This document shows positions 9,567-21,338 of a stretch of 64,000 bases of DNA, piece by piece. Numbering within the stretch: position 1 is the stretch's first letter; each line of letters opens with the position of its first letter. Origin of the DNA: Macrostomum lignano (Eukaryota); contig NIVC01000105.1 of assembly GCA_002269645.1 (NCBI GenBank), positions 597,992 to 661,991 on the forward strand, given 5' to 3'. Position numbers and translations under genes: made by a program. Below the pieces are notes generated by a model. That model ran no database searches, was not told the origin of the DNA, and saw only the letters and a program-made list of their open reading frames with translations.

Positions 9567-12500
9567 TGCAAAATTTAAATAATAGAGGACAGCAATATAC
9601 AATCTATAGACAATATGATTTGGTATACTTCGTATATAAGTTGACTGTGATGAATAAAAAATAGTGACAATTAATTTCAACCAATCAAGAAACAAGTCAA
9701 CAGAAGCAAAGAAATATGACAAATTAAGCACAATATATAAATTAATAACTAGTAATGTCCAATGACAATGAATGAGAGCTAATTACTATATTCAAACAAG
9801 CAAAAGAATAAAAAACAAGGTAAGTCAGTCAACAATACATTGAGAAAAAAATAGGCCAGTTAGCAATAAAATAATATGATTCAACCAAAGTGAATAATTC
9901 CTTTGTATGATAGAAAGACAATACTATAGAAAACTATAGATACTATATTATAGAATACAATATACAATACTATACTATAGATACAATACTATAGAATAAA
10001 TAGAAAGACAAAACTATAACATGAAGTTCACTCAGATACTATATTGAAGAATAAGAACCAAGCTGAAAAAGTACAAAACTCCAATAGAAAAATAATAACA
10101 GTAGCAACAATAATAGTGACTATATTCCAAGTCCAAATAAACTACTACGTAATAACAATTAATAAATAAACAATATTAGTACTAAGCAATTATTCAAAGA
10201 CTATAATGACGGGCAGCGAACTGAGCAAAAAGACGTGAAAGCAAATGATAGAACAAAGGTGAAGAATACAAAATATGGACGAACACCATCCAATTGCTTT
10301 AGATTGTGCTCAATGGCAAGCTTCAGAAAGGCCTCCCTCTCTGCAAGTCCCCATGTTTGATGCAACTTTGTCGGAATTGATTCCTCGTCCTGCCCCGTGC
10401 TATGTGACTTGGCCGGTTGCTCTTCTCGAGCATGGCACTGTGACCAAACCGGATGCTCTTCGTGACCTCGGCACTGCGCTGAGAAAATAAGGTTGAATTA
10501 GTTGATAGACTGATGCTAAAAAAGTACACTGATTGCAATCCAATATGTCCACAAAGCACACATACGCAGTAGCTCTTTTGCATAAGGCTATATATGTAGA
10601 GCAGAACAAGTATTTCATATTTAAACAGTTGAAACAGAAGATCAACGAGAAATCATTTAATTCATGCTGCCATTTGAAACTGGCAAATGGTAACGCGAAT
10701 GCTATGAACTGAACATCACATGAACCGATGTGAGTCGAACAGTACCTTGACGTTGAAACTCATTAGTCGCAAATGGAATGCGAGAGTCATCGATGTTGTC
10801 AAAAACATCGACAATTCGAGTTGTTGTCTCAACATCTTTCAGTGTTAGCCTCAGCAATCCATTATCTTGCGTTGCAGTTGCTGGGTGTATGCAAGCAGGA
10901 TATATTCAACTACATGTACGAAGGGGCAGCATCTATATAGCAGCATCTACTCAGATAATCTATATAGTAGTCATTTCAGAAACAAAAAGTTGCCTACCTC
11001 CGACCAAATACTGCACGGCGGTGTCGTAATTAGTCGACTCCACAAGAAGCCTACACAATTGTCCACCATTTTCTATGAAAACATCAAATACAGGCATTGT
11101 TATCCAGCGGTGCAGATTAACACTACTTGCAAAAAATGAGTATATGCAACAAGAGAAACTGTAAACAAAGTTACAGAGATTGGCACAAAATACAAAAAAT
11201 ATATGAAACTTATTGATGCAGAGGTATATTTGAAAGAAATATTTTTTTTGGTTTATATAAGTCGACTGTGATGAATAAAGATAATAAATAAGGAGCTAAT
11301 TACTATATTCAAACAAGCAGAAGAATAAAAAACAAGGTAAGTCAGTCAACTATTCATTGAGAAAAAAATAGGCCAGATAGCAATAAAATAATATGATTTA
11401 ACCAAAGTGAATAATTCCTTGGTATTACAATAGCTACGGAATAAATAGAAAGACAAAACTATAACATGAAGTTCACTCAGATACTATATTGAAGAATAAG
11501 AACCAAGCTGAAAAAGTACAAAACTCCAATAGAAAAATAATAACAGTAGCAACAATAATAGTGACTATATTCCAAGTCCAAATAAACTACTACGTAATAA
11601 CAATTAATAAATAAACAATATTAGTACTAAGCAATTATTCAAAGACTATAATGACGGGCAGCGAACTGAGCAAAAAGACGTGAAAGCAAATGATAGAACA
11701 AAGGTGAAGAATACAAAATATTCAATTACGATTAAATGTGGTAATTGCGAGCGAAGTTAAAACGGTGCCTAGGCGTTCAGGTTGAGTTGGAAGAAGTATA
11801 GGCGACGTTTTTTAATCTTAGACCGGTTTTAGAAATTGAATTATTTCTCAATTGTAATTTGACTATCATTTACCTAGATTATTTTTACATTTAGTCTGCT
11901 TAACATTTGTTTTACTAAGGACGTTAAAATGGCAGTTTAAGTCATTTTAAATAATATATTGGCCATACAGGCTAATAGCCTGAGCCAACTTCTTACTACT
12001 ACTACTACTAGAGCTATTTAAGTCACTCGAACGCACCCTTAGTTTCATACTTCAATTACTTTTGGCATCCCGCCTGCCAATGCCAAAGAGACCCCTCTCC
12101 GGGTGCTAATATTTCAAAGGCTCCTTATGCCCCCTGCATATGCCACTAGGTCCGATTTAGTGATATATAATTAATAATAATGTATAATTATTTAAATAGG
12201 GCCTACCTTGCTTTCAGACAATGTTTTCAATTAATCTCTTTTGAAAAAATTAACAATAAAGGCTAAAGCATGAATTTGCATTGAAATTTTGAATAGTGTT
12301 TTAAATACATAGACCTAGGTCCTAGGCCCTAGGTCTAGGATCTTTTTATTAAAGCAAATTATTAATCATTAAAGCATTCCTTTTGGCCATAGACATCATT
12401 TTCTGGCGTGTCATTAGGCCCTACATTGACTGATTGACGCACCATTTAAAACTAGAAAATAATATTGCAAAACAAACTGGAAGATCGCCAGAAAAAATTA

Positions 12501-13313
12501 TATGGTTTATATTAAATAGTAGATAATCATAATTTGTAGCAAAATAATAAATGTCTAAGATAGGAATAGCTAATTATATAAAAGCCTATTGTAAAATTAT
12601 ATTTATTATATTATTTTCTTTGGTAAATTAATGTAATGAAGATAAAGACTATTTGTTATCTCTAAGTAATAATAATTTTGGTCATTCTTTCAAGTTTCAA
12701 TGATATTGACTTCTAAATATTGAATGCTTTAATAATATTTTTGATACAGCATTTTCTAAAAAGTAACATAAGCCTAGTGCTTTATTTATATTTATTAGTA
12801 GGCCTAAAATAGAGTCAAATGCATTCAATTTATAATATTAGAATATTTTGCTTTTTAAAAAACAAAAAATTATACATTACTGATGCCTTGAAATAAGATA
12901 AATATAGGGCATATAATCAAATAGTTATTTTTTTATTTCTTAATTATAAAATTGAAAGCTTGCTTTTAAATGTGTATTTTCTTTTCAGTTTAGAATTGAG
13001 GGTTGGTTGATTTTGTAACTAGATTAGCTAAGTGCTTGTATATAGAAATATTAATATATATATCTATTTCTATATGCATATTTTATATTGAATATAGACA
13101 TTATAACATTGACACTAGCTAGAAAGTTTTATTAACTACATTGCCATGGTCTGGACTGTTTGGGTTTTGGCTATACAATATGAAAAAAATCCTTTTTTAG
13201 AAGTCAACTATAAATTTCCTTAATTTATAATTATTTAAATGTTAATATTATTTGAAAACCAGTGTTTAAATGTTTAAATTCATATTGCAGCTGTTGCTAG
13301 CTGGGGTGCATAT

Positions 13314-16300
13314 ATGCTAGACCTGCTAGAGCAGCTGCTAGTTCATGGTGACTTGTCAGTTGGCAGTCAGCTGTTCAGCTTAGACAATGAGATTGTCCTC
13401 AGCGAGGCTGATGAAGCTCTGGCTTATGTGCGATTGCAGTGTCTCAATGGTACATTGGCAAGCAATGGTGGCTGCAGTCAGGGGCAGAACCTTGCCCTGA
13501 CACCTGGTCAAGTGAGCCCTTTAATTCATTAGTATGATTCCTCCTTGTGACTGTATTCCTCTGGATGCATTGATCTCAACCCCTCATTCTCCCTCTTCAG
13601 TCCAGCGCTGTGGAACTTTGCGTTGCAAGAATCTGTCGCTCATTGAAAGAGACTGGCAAACTGGAGGCTCACCTGCCTGCCCTGCTCAAGCTGCTGGCCA
13701 GATGTGCCGAATTGCCATTGGCTGGTAATGTGTCAGGCTCTGATGGCTGCGGAAGCGACCCTCTACCAGTTAGACTGGCCAGCGATCTGCTGTCCTGTCT
13801 GTTCCAGGTAACTGCAATGCTGATAGTCACCTCTAGTGATCCTTGACCCCTTCCCCATCCTGCAGATCCCTCACTGATTCTTTTCCCACCCTGCAGATCC
13901 TTCACTGATTCTCTTTTCCCACCCTGCAGATCCCTCACTGATTCTCTTTTCCCACCCTGCAGATCCCTCACTGATTCTCTTTTCCCACCCTGCAGATCCC
14001 TCACTGATTCTCTTTTCCCACCCTGCAGATCCCTCACTGATTCTCTTTTCCCACCCTGCAGATCCCTCACTGATTCTCTTTTCCCACCCTGCAGATCCCT
14101 CACTGATTCTCTTTTCCCACCCTGCAGATCCCTCACTGATTCTCTTTTCCCACCCTGCAGATCCCTCACTTAGTCCCCTTCCTTATTCTGCAGATCCCTC
14201 ACTTAGTCCCCTTCCCCATCCTGCAGATCCCTCACTGAGTCTCCCCATCCTGCGGATCCCTCACTGAGTCTCCCCATCCTGCAGATCCCTCACTGAGTCT
14301 CCCCATCCTGCAGATCCCTCACTGAGTCCCCCCATCCTGCAGATCCCTCACTGATTCTCTTTTCCCAACCTGCAGATCCTTCACTGAGTCCCCTACCCCA
14401 TCCTGCAGATCCCTCACTGAGTCCTTTTCCCCATCCTGCAGATCCCTCCCTGAGTCATTTTCCCCATCCTGCAGATTCCTCACTGAGTCCTTTTCCCCAT
14501 CCTGCAGATCCCTCACCGAGTCCCCCATCCTGCAGATCCCTCACCGAGTCCCCCCATCCTGCAGATCCCTCACTGAGTCCCCTTCCAGATCCAGCGGGTC
14601 TCCCCGACCCCAATCAAAGCAGAATGCTGTCTAACTCTTCCCTAAACGAACCATCCGCAGGCGCGGCACAGCAGCTCCATGCTGTCCTCATCTCTGCCTG
14701 TGCTGGTGAAGCTGCTCAACTGTCCGAACTCATCTTTACGGCGCACAGTGAGCAGCTACCTCAGCCTGGCCAGCGCTGGCCGAGCACAGCTTCTGACCAG
14801 CCATGCTACACCTCTAATTATTGCCGCCTGCGAAGGCAACCTGAGCTTAGTTGGCCTGCTGTGCCAGTTGCAGCCGCACTCGCCAGACGCATTTGCCAAG
14901 CATTCCGACGATTTGATTTTGTTGCTTAGGTGCGGACTGGTCTAATTATTCTGAAAACCTTGATTGTTGATGAATTTTTTCCATTTTTCTAACAGACTTC
15001 TTATGCTCCGTTGCCGGAGCCCCTATTTTTAAACAGAATAACCCCGTACTTTTTCTATTTTAAGGATTGCCGCTCTTACACCCTATTAAAGATTGCCCCA
15101 TTCCTACCCCCTTTCTAAGAATATATATTCTTTCCTTTCCAATCGCTATATCGCTATTCTTCCCCCTTTTAAGAATCCTATTCTTCCCCTTTCCAAGAAT
15201 CGCTATTCTTCCCCTTTCTTCTAAGAATCGCTATTCTTCCCCTTTCTTCTAAGAATCGCTATTCTTCCCCTTTCTAAGAATCGCTATTCTTCCCCTTTCT
15301 AAGAATCGCTATTCTTCCCCTTTCTAAGAATCGCTATTCTTCCCCTTTCTAAGAATCGCTCTTCTTCCCCTTTCTAAGAATCGCTATTCTTCCCCTTTCT
15401 AAGAATCGCTATTCTTCCCCCTTTTTAAGAATCGCTATTCTTCCCCTTTTTAAGAATCGCTATTCTTCCCCCTTTCCAAGAATTGCGATATTCTTCGATT
15501 CCAGAAGCCAGCCAGTCCAGGACAGTCGGCAGCTCAAACGCGACCTGCTCCGCCTCCTAGCCGCCATGTCCTTGGCCACGCCCGACTGTCTGCTGCCTCA
15601 CGCTCGAGCCCTGCTAGGCCAGCTGGACGCCGACACGGCTGAGTGCGGCCTCCCAGTTCTCGTTAACATCCAGCGCCGCAACCCGGCGGCCTGCCTGCCC
15701 CTGGTCTCCGCCCTGTCTGCTGTTCACCCTGCTTGGCCTCTGGCTGTCCGCTCCCTAGCTGAAATCTTTGCCCGCCTACTGGCTGCCTACCCCAGTCAGT
15801 TCGAACCGGTTGCCGACGTATTGACCGCGCACCTGGCGCTGGCTAATTCCGGTCGGCTGGCCTGCCAACTGCTGGCGTGTCTGCTGCAACTGGCCCGGCT
15901 CAATCCCAGACTATTTGCCGCTTCGTTGGAAGCTCGAATACCGAATCTTCGAGCGGCCCTAGCAACGGCTGGCTATCGAGTAGAGGCTGCTGCTGCTGCC
16001 GCTGCCGCTGGCGCTTCGAACTCCTCGCTTGTTGAGGCTGGTCAATTGTTAGATAGTTTAGAGTGTTTGGCTATAGACTGCTTGCAGCAGCAACAGCAGC
16101 AGCAGCAGCAGCAACAATTGCAACTGCAGCAGCAACAGGAGCATCACGGCAGTAGTCAGCATGTAGTCAGCTGTTTAATGCTGCCCAATTCCAATCGAAG
16201 TTCGACTGGCGGCGGCGCCAGCTCGCGGCGTATTGATCGGGCCAGATCGCAAGCAATGCCGTCAGCTTCTATGGTGGCCTATTTCGGATCCGGCGCTGCT

Positions 16301-19300
16301 GATGACGCTGGTGAGATATTGGGTATATTTACTGAGTTGGGTAGGGCCCAACAAGACCAGCTTTTGCTATGACTGCGACCAGTTATTATCTCTTATATGC
16401 GATAGTTAAACATCCGGTTTCGGTGTCCTAAAAACATTTCTAAAGCATTCCTAATTTAGCTCCCTAGTGGTCCTTAATTTAGCTCCCTAGTGATCCTTAA
16501 TTTAGCTCCCTAGTGATCCTTAATTTAGCTCCCTAGTGATCCTTAATTTAGCTCCCTAGTGATCCTTAATTTAGCTCCCTAGTAATCCTTAATTTAGCTC
16601 CCTAGTGATCCTTAATTTAGCTCCCTAGTGATCCTTAATTTAGCTCCCTAGTGGTCCTTAATTTAGCTCCCTAGTGATCCTTAATTTAGCTCCCTAGTGA
16701 TCCTTAATTTAGCTCCCTAGTGATCCTTAATTTAGCTCCCTAGTAATCCTTAATTTAGCTCCCTAGTAATCCTTAATTTAGCTCCCTAGTGATCCTTAAT
16801 TTAGCTCCCTAGTGATCCTTAATTTACCTCCCTAGTGATCCTTAATTTAGCTCCCTAGTGGTCCCTAATAAGATTTCTAATGATCCCTTATGAGACCCCA
16901 TGCAGACCCCTAATGACCCAATACAGATCCCTAATGACCCAATGCAAATCCCTAATGACCTAATGCAGATCCCTAATGACCCAATGCAGATCCCTAATGA
17001 CCCAATGCAGATCCCTAATGACCCAATGCAGATCCCTAATGACCCAATGCAGATCCCTAATGACCCAATGCAAATCCCTAATGACCCAATGCAAATCCCT
17101 AATGACCCAATGCAAATCCCTAATGACCCAATGCAAATCCCTAATGACCCAATGCAGATACCTAATGACCCAATGCAGATCCCTAATGACCCAATGCAGA
17201 TCCCTAATGACCCAATGCAGATCCCTAATGACCCAATGCAGATCCCTAATGACCCAATGCAGATCCCTAATGACCCAATACAGATCCCTAATGACTCAAT
17301 GCAGATCCCTAATGACCCAATGCAGATCCCTTATGACCCAATGCAGATCCCTAATGACCCAATGCAGATCCCTAATGACCCAATGCAGATCCCTAATGAC
17401 CCAATGCAGATCCCTAATGACCCAATGCAAATCCCTAATGACCCAATGCAGATACGTAATGACCCAATGCAGATCCCTAATGACCCAATGCAGATACCTA
17501 ATGACCCAATGCAGATCCCTAATGACCCGATGCAGATCCCTAATGACCTAATGCAGATCCCTAATGACTCAATGCAGATCCCTAATGACCCAATGCAGAT
17601 CCCTAATGACCCGATGCAGATCCCTAATGACCTAATGCAGATCCCTAATGACTCAATGCAGATCCCTAATGACCCAATGCAGATCCCTAATGAGACCCAA
17701 TGCAGATCCCTAATAACTCAATGCAGATCGCTAATGACTCAATGCAGATCCCTAATGACCCAATGCAGATCCCTAATGAGACCCAATGCAGATCCCTAAT
17801 GACCCAATGCAGATCCCTAATGAGAACCAATGCAGATCCCTAATGACCCAATGCAGATCCCTAATGACCCGATGCAGATCCCTAATGACCCAATGCAGAT
17901 CCCTAATGACCCAATGCAGATCCCTAATGACCCAATGCAGATCCCTAATGAGACCCAATGCAGATCCCTAATGACCCAATGCAGATCCCTAATGACCCAA
18001 TGCAGATCCCTAATCACGCGAATTCAACACCGCGCTTACAACCCCCGTTGCCCGCAGACAATGAGCCGGTATGGACCGAGCAGCATCGCCAGCAGGCCAT
18101 CACCCTGTCATCCGATGCCGCAGAGAAATTCTGCTCCAAGCACTATCGCAAGCTCGTATCGTTTGTGTCCCGCGCCAAGCTGCGCCTGCCGGCTCCCTGC
18201 GCAATCTGGATGGACGTTAAAAAACGCCGTCTGCTGTCTAATAAGCGCCGGCTATGCTTAGGCTTCCGGTGCGAGGCCAACTCGGAACGGTGCTTGAACA
18301 CCTGCCCGACTACTCCGCTGTTTAGCATGCTCACTGCTCAGCCTCGGCTCTGGCTGCATCTGCTGTTCTTGATTAAACAGGCGGAGCTGGGCCATGCTGT
18401 GTCCCAGCGCCACCCGGACATGCTGCCTATTCGCAGCCTCTGGTGCAGCCTGTTAGATGAAGCTGAGTTCTTGCCAACAGTCACTAGCGCTTTCCCGGCC
18501 TTGAGCCAGCTGGACTCCATGCTCAGAGAGTTGCACAGGAAACGATTCTTTGATCTGTTTGAGTTCAATGGCGCCTACAGCATGTGGTGCTGCTTCGAGT
18601 GCAACCACAGCCCAGCCAGGCCTAGTGGCCCCATGCGCTGCGAGATCAAGAAGAGCGGCAGTCTGGGCGGCTGGCGTGTGTCGCAGATCAGCCTGCAGGA
18701 GGCCGACCAGATGCTGACGGTGAGTTTAGAGATATCCGTAATTGGGATCCGTGTAGTTTTGTTACTAAAATATTCCCTAGTTGGGATTTGCGTAGTTTTA
18801 ATTGCTAAAATATCCCCCAAATGGGATCTATGTAGCTTAGTTGCTAAAATATCCCTTAAGTGGGATCTGTGTAGTTTAACTTTGCTAAAATATCCCTTAA
18901 TTGGGATCTGTGTAGTTTAACTTTGCTAAAATATCCCTTAAGTGGGATCTGTGTAGTTTAACTTTGCTAAAATATCCCTTAAGTGGGATCTGTGTAGTTT
19001 AATTTGCTAAAATATCCCCTAAATAGGATCTGTGTAGTTTAATTTGCTAAAATATCCCCTAAAATGGGATCTGTGTAGTTTAATTTGCAAAAATATCCCC
19101 TGATTGGGATCTGTGTAGTTTAATTTGCTAAAATATCCCACCTAACTGGGATCTGTGTAGTTTAATTTGCTAAAATATCCCTTAAATATGATCTATGTAG
19201 TTTTAGTTACTAAAAATTTTCTAATTGGGATCTGTGTATTTTTTGTTACTAAAATATCCCAACAATACGCTCCTATAATATAATCTGGCTCCTAGAAATT

Positions 19301-21227
19301 TCCCTTGAATGGGGCAACTTCAAACGCTCGAATTCCACTGAATGGGATCAGTTCAGCTTCTACCCCCCCCCTCTCCTAATGAGCTCCCATAAGCTCGGCC
19401 TCTACGCATGACTGACCGATGCGAGTGGAGATATTGGCAGTTTTATTTTTAACAGATTGGATTCCGTCTTTAGCTTGCGACTTCAGCGCAAAAGTACATC
19501 TTGATGATATATTCTCCCTCTACGTGTCAGGCCGCTGACGGTGGGGAGGGCTGGGCCCTGGGACTGCACTTCTGTTTCAATCTGCCCAGGCAGTCTCGTT
19601 AATCTCTGGTTCTTTTAGTCGATATTCTCCGCTCTCTCTCCCCTCTGTCCCCTCTTTTTCTCGCCCTCCCCCCTCCCAATTTGAATGCCTCGCGGGACTT
19701 CGGCGCGTCAAGTCAGTGCGAGTCGCGGGTGTCGTAAAGTCCCCCTGCAACTCTAGCGGGTGCATTTCTAATAATGATATCAGTGTATAAGTAATGATCT
19801 CCCAAACCGTAAATTATGGCTGGCTGGGAGGTTGGCTATTCGGCCTGGCTGACTTCTCTGTCAAGTGTTTTTTTCGTTTTCGACGTTCATTTCAAATTCA
19901 CGAATAATGATGATGGAGCTTAGCGGGCAAGTTTTATAGGGGGGTCTGATGTTAAGCCTCGGTCTGGAAGGCAGTCTGCCAGTTTATGTTGGCAATGAGC
20001 TTCCCAGTGCGTAAAATTCCCTCAAGTATTCTTAGTAACATGAATAAATTTTCTTTCTGTGAGTACGGTACTCTCAATTTTCTCTAAAGGAGTCGCTCTG
20101 AGAATCGCCCCATCTCAATCTCATATGAGAATCTTCCATTTCAATCTCATGTTAGAATCGCGCCTTCTCAATCTCATATGAGAATCGCCCCAACTCAATC
20201 TCATGCGAGAATAACCCATCAATCTCATATGAGAATCTCTCATCAATCTAATTGAGAATCGCCTATCAATCTCATATGAGAATTGCCAAATCTCAATCTC
20301 ATATAAGAATAGCCCGTCAATCTCAAACTAGAATCGCCTATCAATCTTATGAGAATCGCTCATCAATCTCATATGAGAATCGCCCGTCAATCACATATGA
20401 GAATCGCCTATCAATCTCATGAGAATCGCCTATCAATCTCATGAGAATCGCCCATCAATCTCATATGAGAATCGCTCATCAATCTCATGAGAATCGCTCA
20501 TCAATCTCATGTGAGAATCGCCCATCAATCTCATGAGAATCGCCCATCAATCTCATATGAGAATCACTCATCAATCTAATTGAGAATCGCCCATCAATCT
20601 CATCTAAGAATAGCCAGTCAATCTCAAACTAGAATCGCCTATCAATCTTATGAGAATCGCTCATCAATCTCATATGAGAATCGCCCGTCAATCACATATG
20701 AGAATCGCCCATCAATCTCATATGAGAATCGCCCCATCTCAATCTCATATGAGAATCGCCCCATCTCAATCTCATATGAGAATCGCCCCATCTCAATCTC
20801 ATATGAGAATCGCTCATAAATCTCATATGAGAATCGGCCCGCCGCATCCCCGCAGGTGGTGACGCCCCGCGTCACCAAAAGCCTCAGCCTGAAGGCGGTG
20901 AAGCCCAGACGTCGGGCGAATCACGACGCGCCGCGTGAACTGCAACTTGAATTGCAATCTGGCGGCACCCTACGGGTCAGACGAATTCAACCAGTTGAAC
21001 CCGAGCCGCCAGATCGATGTTCCACAAGTGCGACAACAGGCGCCGCGACTATCGACTATCGTTACACTCGAACAGCTTCCAAGCAACAGAATCCTCAGCA
21101 GCATCAGCAGCTTCAAGATGACGCCAACTGGTTTCATTCGATGCAGTGCGCCTTATCCAGGTCACTGTCCGCTCAGTATCTCAGGCACAAGAGGCGGTCG
21201 GCTGCGACTACTGGAGTCGCTGCTTAA
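13314..21227 (+). CDS. veph1: Melted/VEPH1 orthologue (ARM-like N-terminus, C-terminal degenerate PH domain), about 837 aa, 6 coding exons
   Basis: Exons 13314-13511, 13601-13807, 14661-14929, 15505-16310, 18058-18719 and 20856-21227 join with consistent phases (0,0,2,1,0), total 2514 nt. Recalled VEPH1/Melted motifs match: DLSVGSQLFSLD, VELCVARICRSLKETG, RLASDLLSCLFQ, RRTVSSYLSLAS, EPVWTE, LWLHLLFL, RFFDLFEF...WCCFECN. Confidence 0.88.
13858..14590 (+). repeat. 33-bp minisatellite in veph1 intron 2
   Basis: Unit CCCTGCAGATCCCTCACTGATTCTCTTTTCCCA, about 9 near-perfect copies followed by shorter variants. Confidence 0.95.
15140..15490 (+). repeat. 25-bp minisatellite in veph1 intron 3
   Basis: Unit TTTCTAAGAATCGCTATTCTTCCCC, about 13 copies, ending just before the acceptor at 15504. 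Confidence 0.93.
16451..16868 (+). repeat. 23-bp minisatellite in veph1 intron 4
   Basis: Unit TTAATTTAGCTCCCTAGTGATCC, about 18 copies. Confidence 0.95.
16876..18013 (+). repeat. 21-bp minisatellite in veph1 intron 4
   Basis: Unit ATGCAGATCCCTAATGACCCA, about 54 copies; source of the spurious MQIPNDP and CRSLMTQ ORFs. Confidence 0.95.
18742..19262 (+). repeat. About 40-bp minisatellite at the 5' end of veph1 intron 5
   Basis: Unit GGGATCTGTGTAGTTTAATTTGCTAAAATATCCC plus a short linker, about 13 copies, starting about 20 nt after the donor. Confidence 0.92.
20098..20835 (+). repeat. 24-27 bp minisatellite at the 3' end of veph1 intron 5
   Basis: Unit TCAATCTCATATGAGAATCGCCCA containing the 12-bp palindrome TCTCATATGAGA; runs up to the acceptor at 20855. 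Confidence 0.92.
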
Positions 21228-21338
21228 TGTATATTATTATTGTTATTATGGTTTGTTCACTCTTGCTCACTTTGATTGATTTTCGTCTGTGTTATATTGC
21301 TTCATCTTTATAGGGATTTTCGGTCTGGCTTATTGACC

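Larger units (their letters stand above)
5690..12038. mobile_element. PIF/Harbinger DNA transposon with two convergent genes and 1.69-kb inverted arms
   Basis: Termini GGGTGCGTTCGAGTGACTTAAA (5690-5711) and TTTAAGTCACTCGAACGCACCC (12017-12038) are perfect inverted repeats, flanked by TTA on both sides (5687-5689, 12039-12041), the canonical Harbinger 3-bp TSD. It encodes a HARBI1-type transposase (-) and a Myb/SANT-like protein (+). Confidence 0.95.

Noticed and set aside
8580-9731. 383-aa version of the Harbinger transposase
   Set aside because: The first 55 codons start at a non-ATG codon and run through AT-rich subterminal DNA; ATG 9566 gives a typical length of 328 aa.
6518-11139. Paired ORFs 6518-6790/10867-11139, 6628-6879/10778-11029, 7012-7257/10400-10645 and 7074-7334/10323-10583
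   Set aside because: Identical only because they lie in the inverted arms; no domain similarity, and they are off-frame or antisense to the Myb gene.
17958-18057. Acceptor within the 21-bp array as the start of veph1 exon 5
   Set aside because: The preceding donor (16310) is phase 1, which gives an immediate stop at array acceptors; CCCGCAG| at 18057 restores the frame.
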